A stretch of DNA of 27,328 nucleotides, from assembly GCA_965649225.1 (NCBI GenBank), contig CBFGJX010000026.1, positions 1 to 27,328 on the forward strand, given 5' to 3'. The translations under genes were made by a program, and so were the position numbers. Positions 8,936 through 17,185 of the stretch are shown here, piece by piece (positions within the stretch are counted from its first letter, which is position 1; each line of letters begins with the position of its first letter). The DNA is from a candidate division WOR-3 bacterium (lineage in GTDB: Bacteria; Hydrothermota; Tepidihabitantia; Tepidihabitantales; Tepidihabitantaceae). The notes beneath the pieces were generated by a model that saw only the letters and a list, made by a program, of their open reading frames with translations, was not told the DNA's origin and searched no databases.

Positions 8936-9030
8936 ATCCCCGCTGCGCCGCTGGCGTGCCGAAGCCGAAAGCCACGGCTGACGGCCGGCCAGTGCAGACG
9001 CTGGTCAAGGATGCCGGTTTGGCCGGCAGT

Positions 9031-9059
9031 TTGACCGTCAGATGAGCGATTTGTATAAT
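9031..9059 (+). promoter_or_regulatory. sigma70 promoter
   Basis: TTGACC-N17-TATAAT. Confidence 0.75.
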
Positions 9060-9119
9060 TATTCTGACTGGCAGGGTCGAAGACGCAAAGACCCACGAAA
9101 CACACAAGGAGTTGCAGAG

Positions 9120-10520
9120 ATGCACAGACTGGTCTTGCTCGCAGTTGTCGTCCTGCCGCTGACTGCACTGGCCGGACCGGAAAATCCGCAGTTCAGCGGT
9201 GTGCTTGGCGACAACGATACCGCAACATTCTTTGTTCGACCGGCAGCAGACGTGGAAAGCTGGTGGTTTGAGATTCCCGAGGGCGAATACTTCTGGCTGA
9301 AGACCGAGGATTCGACCGGTCGCGAGCTGGAAGATACCGACCTTTCCTCCAAGCAGAGTGTCACGCTGGTCGGCGCCAAGGGCCGCAAGGTGATTTTCCG
9401 GATCTACGAAATTGCCGGCGAAGGGCGCTGGGCGGCGTGGAAGGGCGACGGGCCGAGCGCGAACGATGAACGGGTTGTCTTTCCGACGGCGGCAGCCGTC
9501 GCTCCCGTCAGCAAGCCGCAGTTTTCCGGTTACCTCGGTGAGGATGATACTTTCGAGTTCTTTGTGCGTCCGGAGAGCGATCGGGAAAGCTGGTGGTTCG
9601 AGATTCCATCCCAGGCCTTTTTCTGGGTGAAGACCCAGGATTCGACCGGCCGGGAACTGCAGGACACTGATTTGTCTTCCAACAAGAGTGTCACGCTTGT
9701 CGGTGCCAGAGGCAGAAAGGCAGTTTTCCGCATCTACCAGATTGCCGGTTCAGGAAACTGGTCGGCCTGGAAAGGCACCGGCCCGGCGGCGGGCAACGAA
9801 GATGCGGTATTCCCTGCCTTCAATCCGGCACGGGACTGGTCCGCACCCGGCAAGCTGATTCAGCCCGGTTCGGACGGCAGATTTTCCGGCTACCTCGGCG
9901 AGGATGAATCCACCAGCTTCGTCGTGCGGCCGCAGTCGGATTTGGAACACTGGCGGTTCGAGATTCCTGACGGCAAATTCTTCTGGCTGAAAGTCTTCAC
10001 CGACGGTGAGGAACGGGACGATATCGACCTTTCCGACTACCGCAGCGTGACATTGAAGAATGCCAAGGACAAGAAGGTGACCCTGACGATTTACCAGATT
10101 GGCGGTGTGGGTAACTGGTCGGCATGGAAGGCCAGTCAGCCGGCCGAGGCGGACCGGGTCGTCAATCTGGGCACTGCCGCGGGAGATGACGCCGACCTTA
10201 CGGAATACTTCCAGAGAAATCAAGCACTGCTGGAGGCGCTGTCCGAGCTGGCGAATTTGCTCGGGCCCAGCGGTACCTTGGAGCAGGGCGAAAGTGATAC
10301 GGTTGAGGTGACTGCGCAAAAGGCCAACGAGACCTGGGTGTTTTCGGTACCCGCCGATGCGAAGTTCAAGGTCAAGGTGCTGGACAGCAGCGGTAAGGTT
10401 CTGCGGGACGTTGACCTGACGCAAACCGACCGGGTAACGCTCCCGGCGGCCGGCAAGTACCGGTTTGTGGTCAAAGCTCATTCCGGTCAGGGCAGCTGGA
10501 CAGCAAGCCGCAAGGACTGA
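9120..10520 (+). CDS. Secreted protein with four tandem ~90-aa Trp-rich beta domains (PPC-like), function unknown
   Basis: ATG 9120 follows AAGGAG and gives signal peptide MHRLVLLAVVVLPLTALA. Repeat: FSGxLGxxD...WWFEIP...DTDLS...SVTL...G.WxAWK. Confidence 0.75.
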   Translation: MHRLVLLAVVVLPLTALAGPENPQFSGVLGDNDTATFFVRPAADVESWWFEIPEGEYFWLKTEDSTGRELEDTDLSSKQSVTLVGAKGRKVIFRIYEIAGEGRWAAWKGDGPSANDERVVFPTAAAVAPVSKPQFSGYLGEDDTFEFFVRPESDRESWWFEIPSQAFFWVKTQDSTGRELQDTDLSSNKSVTLVGARGRKAVFRIYQIAGSGNWSAWKGTGPAAGNEDAVFPAFNPARDWSAPGKLIQPGSDGRFSGYLGEDESTSFVVRPQSDLEHWRFEIPDGKFFWLKVFTDGEERDDIDLSDYRSVTLKNAKDKKVTLTIYQIGGVGNWSAWKASQPAEADRVVNLGTAAGDDADLTEYFQRNQALLEALSELANLLGPSGTLEQGESDTVEVTAQKANETWVFSVPADAKFKVKVLDSSGKVLRDVDLTQTDRVTLPAAGKYRFVVKAHSGQGSWTASRKD

Positions 10521-10525
10521 ACCGG

Positions 10526-10984
10526 TTGCGTTCGGCCGTCGCTGCCGCAGTACTGCTGCTGGCCGGCTGCACACAGGTGCAGCCGCCCGAGGTCGGGTTT
10601 CGCGGGGTGACGGTCGCCGACGACAGCCTGAAAGTGGCACTGGCGCTTTTCAACCCGAACCGGTTTTCGGTTGAAGTCGTCTCGGTTGATTACCGGCTGC
10701 GGGCCGACGAAAAGATTATCGGCTCGGGCAGCCGTACCGCCCGGTTCCGCTGTGCCGGCCGGGATTCGACCCGGGTTGAGTTTCCGCTGGCCCTGGACTA
10801 CGGTGCGGCGATGGCGGCGGTGCTGAAGGGCATCAAGGATACGGTCAGATTCAGAGTCGAGGGAGACTACCGCCTGAAGACCAGGTTCGGGTCGCATGCC
10901 GGCCGCTTCGAGGCGGCGCGGGAAGTGAACCTGCTCGCCGCGCTGCAGGCAGTACTCGAAGAAGTGTTCGGCCGCGGCCGGTAG
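10526..10984 (+). CDS. LEA type 2 / WHy domain lipoprotein
   Basis: Lipobox LAGC, NPN motif (FNPNRF), VDYRL...IIGSG and FRVEG. Confidence 0.8.
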   Translation: MRSAVAAAVLLLAGCTQVQPPEVGFRGVTVADDSLKVALALFNPNRFSVEVVSVDYRLRADEKIIGSGSRTARFRCAGRDSTRVEFPLALDYGAAMAAVLKGIKDTVRFRVEGDYRLKTRFGSHAGRFEAAREVNLLAALQAVLEEVFGRGR

Positions 10985-11004
10985 GGCGGTTGAGTCCGGG
11001 CAGT

Positions 11005-11035
11005 GGCCGGCCGGGGGCGTTTACCCCGGCCGGCC
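11005..11035 (+). terminator. GC-rich hairpin, possible terminator
   Basis: GGCCGGCCGGGG / CCCCGGCCGGCC 12-bp stem with a 7-nt loop; weak U-tract. Confidence 0.45.
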
Positions 11036-11039
11036 GGTC

Positions 11040-11067
11040 TTGTGCCGGGCAGGTTGACGACTAGAAT
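11040..11067 (+). promoter_or_regulatory. Possible sigma70 promoter
   Basis: TTGTGC-N16-TAGAAT, followed by a GAGGTG RBS. Confidence 0.4.
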
Positions 11068-11085
11068 CGGGCAAGAGGTGCTGTG

Positions 11086-12246
11086 ATGAGGATAGCAGTT
11101 ATCGGTGCTGGAATGATGGCGCGGGCGGTTGTTTATGACCTGCTGCGTCAGCCGGAAGTGGTCGAAGTGCGGCTGATTGACCGTGATGTTGTTCGGTTGC
11201 GAGCATTGCAGGAATGGGCAGCTGATTCGAGGTTGACAGTTCATGCCGCCGATGCCGGCGACCTCAGGGCAATGGCGGCAATACTGCAACCCTGTGCCGC
11301 GGCAATCGGTTGCGCTTCATACCGGTTGAACTACGGTCTGAGCCGGGTCGCAATAGCCACCGGGATCCATTTCTGTGACCTCGGCGGCAACAACGAGGTT
11401 GTGCAGCAGCAACTGACTCTGGACCGGCGGGCCAGCCGGGCCGGAGTTACGATTGTTCCGGACTGCGGACTCGCTCCGGGGCTGGTGAGTGTGCTGGCAC
11501 AGGCCGGGTTGGAACGGCTGGGCGGTCGGGCCGATGCAATCCACATCCGGGTCGGCGGTCTGCCGCGCCGGCCCAGACCACCGCTGGGCTACGGAATCGT
11601 TTTTTCCGCCGAAGGGCTGATCAACGAGTATGTCGAGCCCTGCGTTGTCCTGCGTAACGGCCGCCGGGCGGTGGTGGAACCCCTCGCTGACCTTGAACAG
11701 CTGCGCTTTCCCCGGCCGTTCGGCCGGCTGGAGGCGTTCAACACCTCGGGCGGTGCGTCAACCCTGACCGAGACGATGCGGGGCCGGGTGCGGACTCTTG
11801 ACTACAAGACCATCCGTTATCCCGGTCATTGCGAGCGGATGCGGCTGCTTTTTGACCTTGGGCTGATGTCCAGCCAGCCCGGGCCGGAAGGCGTTGCACC
11901 CCGTACCGTCCTCAGCCGGTTACTTGAGGAACGCCTCGGATTCGAAAGTGATGATGTCGTACTGTTGCGGGTTGATGTCATTGGCCGGCTGGACGAGGTT
12001 CGGACGCGGGTCCGTTACCAGCTGATTGACTATGCCGACAAGAAGACCGGCCTGACCGCAATGATGCGGATGACCGGCTTTCCGGCGGCGACCGCCTGTC
12101 TGCTGGCGGCGCGGGGGGAGGTGAAATCGGCTGGAGTTGTACCCGGTGAGCTTGCCTTCGACCCTGTCCGGTTCATCCGTGCCCTGAGCGAGCGCGGCAT
12201 CAGACTGACGGGCCGGTTGCAGCGGGGTCAGGTCGGACAGGTTTGA
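11086..12246 (+). CDS. Saccharopine dehydrogenase family / L-lysine dehydrogenase-like
   Basis: Rossmann motif IAVIGAG, plus FCDLGG, DCGLAPG, VGGLP, FSAEGLINEY, LEAFNTSGG, YKTIRYPGH and TAMMRMTG. Confidence 0.88.
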   Translation: MRIAVIGAGMMARAVVYDLLRQPEVVEVRLIDRDVVRLRALQEWAADSRLTVHAADAGDLRAMAAILQPCAAAIGCASYRLNYGLSRVAIATGIHFCDLGGNNEVVQQQLTLDRRASRAGVTIVPDCGLAPGLVSVLAQAGLERLGGRADAIHIRVGGLPRRPRPPLGYGIVFSAEGLINEYVEPCVVLRNGRRAVVEPLADLEQLRFPRPFGRLEAFNTSGGASTLTETMRGRVRTLDYKTIRYPGHCERMRLLFDLGLMSSQPGPEGVAPRTVLSRLLEERLGFESDDVVLLRVDVIGRLDEVRTRVRYQLIDYADKKTGLTAMMRMTGFPAATACLLAARGEVKSAGVVPGELAFDPVRFIRALSERGIRLTGRLQRGQVGQV

Positions 12247-12271
12247 CGGGCTGGCGGGGCGTGGTTATACT
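12243..12271 (+). promoter_or_regulatory. sigma70 promoter of the peptidoglycan operon
   Basis: TTGACG-N17-TATACT. Confidence 0.7.
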
Positions 12272-12283
12272 GCCGACATTCCA

Positions 12284-13249
12284 ATGAGACGCAGCAGTTC
12301 AGGATCATCAGTACCTTCGAGGCCGCTGGTGATGGCGGCGCTGATGGTTCTGGCCACGGCAGCGTTGGCGGCACCGCTGGCCGAGCTGGCGGCACGACCG
12401 ACGGTCAGCAGCGATTTCCGGGTGTCGGTGAATGGTTGTCCGTATGACTGGAGCGATATCGGCCGGTTCGTGCTGCCGGGCGAAACTCTTGACCTGGCGG
12501 TGCTTGGGCTGGTGGCGCACAGTGGTTTCGTGGCGTCGGACGGCGAGTTGATCGAGGACGGCAGCCGTGCCCGCTGGGTGGCGCCGGCCGAGCCGGGGGC
12601 CTACGGGGTGATGGTAACCGGGGGTGAGCAGGTCCGACGGTTGAACATCTTTGTGATGGTTCCGTTTGAAAGTCTCAAGGCCGGGCGCTTGTGCGGGGTT
12701 ACCATCGGTCGCTATCCGGCGGAGAATCTTTTCCCGAATTTCACCCGGCCCAAGGGTTTTATCGTTGTCACGCCGGACCTGATGGAAGTCAAGGTTTCGC
12801 CCCGTTACACGCTGGGCGAGTTTGTGCCGCACCAGCCGGAATGCTGGCCGCGCTACATCGTGCTGCGCGAGGAACTGCTGGTCAAACTCGAAGCATTGAC
12901 CGATTATGTCCAGGCGAAGGGCCACCGGTTCGACAAGTTTCACATAATCAGCGGGTTCCGGGCACCTTATTACAATCAGCGCAACCGCTCCGGCCGCAAC
13001 AGCGCCCATGTTTATGGCGGTGCAGCCGATTTCTATGTCGACGGCGACAATAACGGCATGATGGACGACCTGAACCGGGACGGGGTGGTGAACCGGCGTG
13101 ATGCCAAGCTGCTCGCCGAGTATGTTGACGAGTTTGAGCTCGGGCGGCCGGAACTGGTTGGCGGTTGCGGCTGGTACAGCCGGACCCGATACCGCGGACC
13201 GTTCATTCATGTCGATGTGCGCGGCGCACCGGTGCGCTGGCACCAGTGA
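12284..13249 (+). CDS. Exported peptidase M15-family (Zn D-Ala-D-Ala peptidase-like) protein with EF-hand-like loops
   Basis: Signal peptide, ISGFRAPYYN, SAHVYGGAAD (HxxxxxxD), FIHVDVRG, and the insert DGDNNGMMDDLNRDGVVNRRD. Confidence 0.8.
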   Translation: MRRSSSGSSVPSRPLVMAALMVLATAALAAPLAELAARPTVSSDFRVSVNGCPYDWSDIGRFVLPGETLDLAVLGLVAHSGFVASDGELIEDGSRARWVAPAEPGAYGVMVTGGEQVRRLNIFVMVPFESLKAGRLCGVTIGRYPAENLFPNFTRPKGFIVVTPDLMEVKVSPRYTLGEFVPHQPECWPRYIVLREELLVKLEALTDYVQAKGHRFDKFHIISGFRAPYYNQRNRSGRNSAHVYGGAADFYVDGDNNGMMDDLNRDGVVNRRDAKLLAEYVDEFELGRPELVGGCGWYSRTRYRGPFIHVDVRGAPVRWHQ

Positions 13250-13932
13250 AACTCTCGGTCATACAATCGGTCGGGATCGTAATCCTAGCCGCGATGGTGC
13301 TGGCATGGTCCGAGCTCTATCTGCCGGTGCGGGAAAGCCTGACGATTGACATTATCAAGGTTGCCGGTCGGCTTTACCGCATGCGCCGCCACACTTCGGC
13401 GCTCAATGCGCAACTGCCGGCCTTGGAAGAGTCAATCGAGCGGCTCAGCCGTTCGGTCGGCGAACTGGCCGAGCAGTTTGCCGCGGCTTTTTCCAACGAA
13501 CTTTACATTGCCATAAACCCGGCTTCCAACCGGCTGTATCTGCGTCGCGGGCAGGAAGAACTGCTGGCCGCGGTGATTTCGACCGGCACCAACGATACCC
13601 TGCGCTGGGGAAGCCGGCGCTGGGTTTTTCAGACTCCGCGGGGGATGATGACGGTACTGCGTAAGAAGAAGGACCCGGTCTGGATCAAGCCCGACTGGGC
13701 CTTTCTGGAAAAAGGTCAGCCGGTGCCACCGCGCGATTCGCCGGAGCGGATTGAACGCGGGGTGCTGGGTGAGTACATGCTCGACCTCGGCGGCGGCATC
13801 ATGATTCACGGCACTCCTCATGAAGACAAGCTCGGCCGGAGTGTCTCACATGGCTGCATCCGCGTCGGCTCGGCAGACCTGCGGGTTCTTTACGATTCGG
13901 TACCGGTCGGCACAAAGGTGTACATCTTCTAG
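13246..13932 (+). CDS. Membrane-anchored L,D-transpeptidase (YkuD family), catalytic residues intact
   Basis: IHGT...LGRSVSHGCIRV and TPRG; N-terminal TM plus coiled coil. GTG 13246 overlaps the upstream stop (GTGA). Confidence 0.88.
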   Translation: MKLSVIQSVGIVILAAMVLAWSELYLPVRESLTIDIIKVAGRLYRMRRHTSALNAQLPALEESIERLSRSVGELAEQFAAAFSNELYIAINPASNRLYLRRGQEELLAAVISTGTNDTLRWGSRRWVFQTPRGMMTVLRKKKDPVWIKPDWAFLEKGQPVPPRDSPERIERGVLGEYMLDLGGGIMIHGTPHEDKLGRSVSHGCIRVGSADLRVLYDSVPVGTKVYIF

Positions 13933-13934
13933 CC

Positions 13935-14585
13935 ATGGCGGGATTTCAGAAGGGGCTGGCACTGGCGGCGACAATCTTGGCCGGGCTTGCCGTCGTGCGA
14001 CTGGGTGATGCAGTGGGCAAACGCGAGCTGGTGCGGGTTGCCGCCGATGTCGCGGCCGAAGAAAGCCTTGCTGTCCGGCGCTATGAGGAAGTCCGGGCAG
14101 CGCGAAACCGCCTGCTGGTTGATGAGCAGTTCCTGAAAGCGCGCATTGCCAACCTCTCCCGCAGCGAGCCCTATCTGGTTATTGACCGGGCGCGGTGGAA
14201 ACTGGCGGTAGCGGTTCAGGAAAAGACGCTTTTTGAGGCGGATTTTCGCCTGCGCGGTCCGGTGGGGGCGGAGCGGGAGTTTGCCAGCCTGCCTCGGGCA
14301 ACACTGTCGGTGCTGGGCAAACGCCGGCCGACCGACTGGCACCGGCCGGACTGGCTCTACCGGCTGCAGGGAATTCAGCCGCCGGCTGATTCCAGTGTCC
14401 GGCTGGTGCGCAATGCCTTTGGCTTCGGCGAGATATTCCTGGGTGGCGACCTGGTCATTCATGGCCGGCCGTCGGACGAAGTGCCGCCTGGGACACTCGA
14501 CCACAGTTACATTGAACTGGATGAATCTTCGCTGCGGGCGGTGTACGACATCGTCAAGCCGGGAACACTGGTGCTGATGCACTAG
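13935..14585 (+). CDS. L,D-transpeptidase-like paralog lacking the catalytic Cys
   Basis: Aligns to the upstream LDT (PDW, LGGxxxIHG, LRxxYDxVxxGT), but SHGCIRV is replaced by DHSYIEL. Confidence 0.75.
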   Translation: MAGFQKGLALAATILAGLAVVRLGDAVGKRELVRVAADVAAEESLAVRRYEEVRAARNRLLVDEQFLKARIANLSRSEPYLVIDRARWKLAVAVQEKTLFEADFRLRGPVGAEREFASLPRATLSVLGKRRPTDWHRPDWLYRLQGIQPPADSSVRLVRNAFGFGEIFLGGDLVIHGRPSDEVPPGTLDHSYIELDESSLRAVYDIVKPGTLVLMH

Positions 14586-14597
14586 GTTTTGGCTGGT

Positions 14598-14625
14598 TTG
14601 ACAGTCGCAGCGGTCCGGCTATGCT
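14598..14625 (+). promoter_or_regulatory. tRNA promoter
   Basis: TTGACA-N16-TATGCT. Confidence 0.7.
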
Positions 14626-14654
14626 GGCACAGGCTGGCGGGCAGAATTGAATTC

Positions 14655-14741
<87 letters not shown>

Positions 14742-15060
14742 TTGACGGCAAGACCATGGTGTTGGTTCGTATCTCACGATTGACTCGGTAGACCGGGGTT
14801 GCCTATGGCTCGCTGCTTCTCACGAGGTCCTCGAGCGGAAGTAAGCTGCAGAACAACCTTAGAAGATTTCGGCTCGAACTTTATCTTGACCAGAAGCAGA
14901 CTTTTGTTCACATTGCACTGATTAACGTTTTCTCGGGCGTTAGATGCACCATCTTTTCAAGGGTCGAAAAGTGGAGTTGTTACTAAGCCGACCGTACACA
15001 ACGGCGGAAACCGCTAAAGCGTTGGAGTGTTTCAGCAGAAGATTCAATTAGAATATCGCC

Positions 15061-15471
15061 ATGGAAAACATGACAAATAGCGGAGCACATGATTCTATCA
15101 AAGGATGGGTATTAAGAGTTGAGAGAAACGAATTCATCTTTCGTATTCTTGCAACAGTTGTAGGATATGCGGGTATTACTTTTTGGCTGAATTCTATTCG
15201 CGCCACTGCTCCCATTTGGTTTGTTTGGGTGTTGGTTATCATTCAATTTGCTTTGTATTTTTCGATTTTCTTCGTGAGTTACCGTCGAGCAGTGACATGC
15301 GGCCTCAGTAAGTACATCGGCCTCATAATTTTTATCGCTCTCGCAGTTTTGGGTAGAGTGAATGATTGGGAATTACTAATCATTCCTGTTATGGTGATTA
15401 TCATGCTCATAGTATCCGCAAGAGCCAAAAATGTATCAGACAAAAGAAAACATTTGCTACCTGAACAATAG
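15061..15471 (+). CDS. AT-rich membrane protein, possibly DUF805/YhaH-like
   Basis: 3-4 TM segments; VSYRRAVTCGLSKY resembles the DUF805 VRRLHDxGxSGW motif. Confidence 0.55.
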   Translation: MENMTNSGAHDSIKGWVLRVERNEFIFRILATVVGYAGITFWLNSIRATAPIWFVWVLVIIQFALYFSIFFVSYRRAVTCGLSKYIGLIIFIALAVLGRVNDWELLIIPVMVIIMLIVSARAKNVSDKRKHLLPEQ

Positions 15472-15475
15472 TGCT

Positions 15476-15961
15476 ATGTTAGCAAACAAAATTTTGCATG
15501 TGATTCTGACCCCATTGTCGTTTATCGTCGTTCCTGTTCAGGCGGTAACAACTTTTGTTCTAGGAATACTTATGCTTCTAACATTTGACTTGCTGTTATT
15601 ACCATTAGATCTTATTTGGATTGTTTTCTTTCTCGGCCCCCTTCTTGGGCTGTCATCTATCAACGAACGATTGCCAATCTCTCGACCTTTGATTTCTCTT
15701 GTTGGTATTCCCTTGGCGGTGGTCGGTAACATTTATGTTGCCTTAATACCGTCAAAGAGTGAAATGGATAGTCGGTGGGCAAAAATGCTCTGTTGCCAAA
15801 CATTTCCTTATACACGCGAATTTTACAGATTTTATACGAAGAAGCAGAAACCGAGTCAAAATCTGCGCGAGATCTTCCAAAGACTCGATCCTGTTCTCAG
15901 GAATTTTGCTATGAATCTTGACCAAAGAGAACTTGCCGCCAAAAAGGAAAATCAGTTGTGA
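15476..15961 (+). CDS. AT-rich hypothetical membrane protein
   Basis: Hydrophobic N-terminal half. ATG 15476 lies just after the upstream stop. Confidence 0.6.
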   Translation: MLANKILHVILTPLSFIVVPVQAVTTFVLGILMLLTFDLLLLPLDLIWIVFFLGPLLGLSSINERLPISRPLISLVGIPLAVVGNIYVALIPSKSEMDSRWAKMLCCQTFPYTREFYRFYTKKQKPSQNLREIFQRLDPVLRNFAMNLDQRELAAKKENQL

Positions 15962-16173
15962 TTTCCCTTGTGAGCTGCTGGCCGGGGAAGACTTGAAATC
16001 GTGCTTTTGCTTCCGCTACAGGGCGAGGGGCGAAAGGGGACTCGGAGAAGGGGCCACGAGTCGGTTGGTGAAACCGGCTGCGGGTTTTTCAGTCACACAA
16101 CTTAGCAGTGTTGGGCGGCAGTCTGGCAGGACATTGCCGGGCCGGGTTTTGATTGCGGCAGAATTCAAAATGG

Positions 16174-16208
16174 CAGTTGGCGGGGTGGTTTTGCCACCCC
16201 GCCAACTG
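16174..16208 (-). terminator. Intrinsic terminator of the 16220-17185 gene
   Basis: 15-bp perfect stem CAGTTGGCGGGGTGG/CCACCCCGCCAACTG, 11 nt past the stop; minus-strand tail CCATTTTG. Confidence 0.75.
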
Positions 16209-16219
16209 GTTCTGTGCGC

Positions 16220-17185
16220 CTAGCGCTGGAGGACGAGTTTGTGGCTGGCGCTTACGCCAGGCGCCGACATCCGGAGGAGGTAAGTGCCGTTGCTGAGCCT
16301 CCCGAGGTCAAGCTCGTAGCTGCCGTCGCGGCGACCGGGCTGTTCCGATGAAGACACCACTCGACCCATCGCATCGATCAATTCGACTCTGACCATCTGC
16401 CCGACAACTCCGGCAGCCTGAAACTCTATCCTGGCACTGCCGGCGGCAATCGGGTTAGGCAGGATTATCGGAACAATCGGACGGGTTGTCGCGAGGTCTG
16501 CTACTCCGTCGCGCGACTGCATCACCGGGTCAGACCCGGGCTTGTAGACCCGGCGCCGCGGCGGGGGCTCAACCGGTCTGGGCTCGTACTGGCGGCCGGC
16601 AGGTTCGGGTGCAACCACTCCCGGGCCGACCGGCAGGTTGCCCCGGCGCGGACCGGCCGGAACCGGTTCGGGAACTACAACATTGCGAACGCGCCGTTCA
16701 ACCTGTCGCGGCAGATTCGGCATTTCGTTGCTGCGCGGGACCGGAACGGCACGGGGGTTGTACTCAGTGCTGTTGGCATCGTCGCGGTCAATATTGGAAT
16801 GGCCAGGCCCAAGGATGTTCTCGACCGGCTGCCGCGGGTAGTCCCAGCTCGGTTCAGGAATCGGCTCCACCGGGAAGAAGCTGCGACCGGGTTCGACCGG
16901 CAACACGTTGCGCGCACGCCGTTCAACCTGTCGCGGCAGGTTGGGCATCGGTCGTGGTTCTTCAACTATCGGTTCAACCGGCAGAATGCTCCGCGGCGGC
17001 TCAGGGTTCATCGGTTCAACCGGCAGCAGACTGCGGATGGGCAGGTCAGCCGACGGGCCTTTTGGTTCTTCAACTGCCGGCGGTTCTGTGACCGGGTCAG
17101 GCATAATCGACTGGTAACGGCTAACTCCCAGGGCCGGGGCAATTACTATCAGTGATGTTAAGAACAACTTGATACCGAAAGACAT
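16220..17185 (-). CDS. Secreted Pro/Arg-rich repeat protein with a T9SS-type C-terminal domain
   Basis: AGGAGG RBS, signal peptide, repeated PVEP and MPNLPRQVERR motifs, and a PNP...DAMGRVV...LSNGTYLL...KLVLQR tail. Confidence 0.8.
   Translation of the reverse strand: MSFGIKLFLTSLIVIAPALGVSRYQSIMPDPVTEPPAVEEPKGPSADLPIRSLLPVEPMNPEPPRSILPVEPIVEEPRPMPNLPRQVERRARNVLPVEPGRSFFPVEPIPEPSWDYPRQPVENILGPGHSNIDRDDANSTEYNPRAVPVPRSNEMPNLPRQVERRVRNVVVPEPVPAGPRRGNLPVGPGVVAPEPAGRQYEPRPVEPPPRRRVYKPGSDPVMQSRDGVADLATTRPIVPIILPNPIAAGSARIEFQAAGVVGQMVRVELIDAMGRVVSSSEQPGRRDGSYELDLGRLSNGTYLLRMSAPGVSASHKLVLQR
16692..16939. repeat. 23-bp exact intragenic direct repeat
   Basis: CGCCGTTCAACCTGTCGCGGCAG at 16692-16714 and 16917-16939. 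Confidence 0.85.

Noticed and set aside
8932..8943. CTGAATCCCCGC resembling the CRISPR repeat 5' end
   Set aside because: Short, overlaps a stop codon, and has no stem or handle; consistent with chance.
9042..9119. ORF-track start at 9042, and GACGCAAAG resembling a c-di-GMP-I riboswitch
   Set aside because: ATG 9042 lies inside the promoter, while ATG 9120 has the RBS and signal peptide. The GGCAAACC/GNRA stem of the riboswitch is absent.
14915..14947. GTTAGAT resembling an integron attC R' site
   Set aside because: No matching RYYYAAC at a proper distance, no attC after either islet ORF, and no integrase.
16019..16028. CAGGGCGAGG, a 10-nt match to the repeat's reverse complement
   Set aside because: Flanks do not match and the handle is missing; about one such hit is expected by chance.
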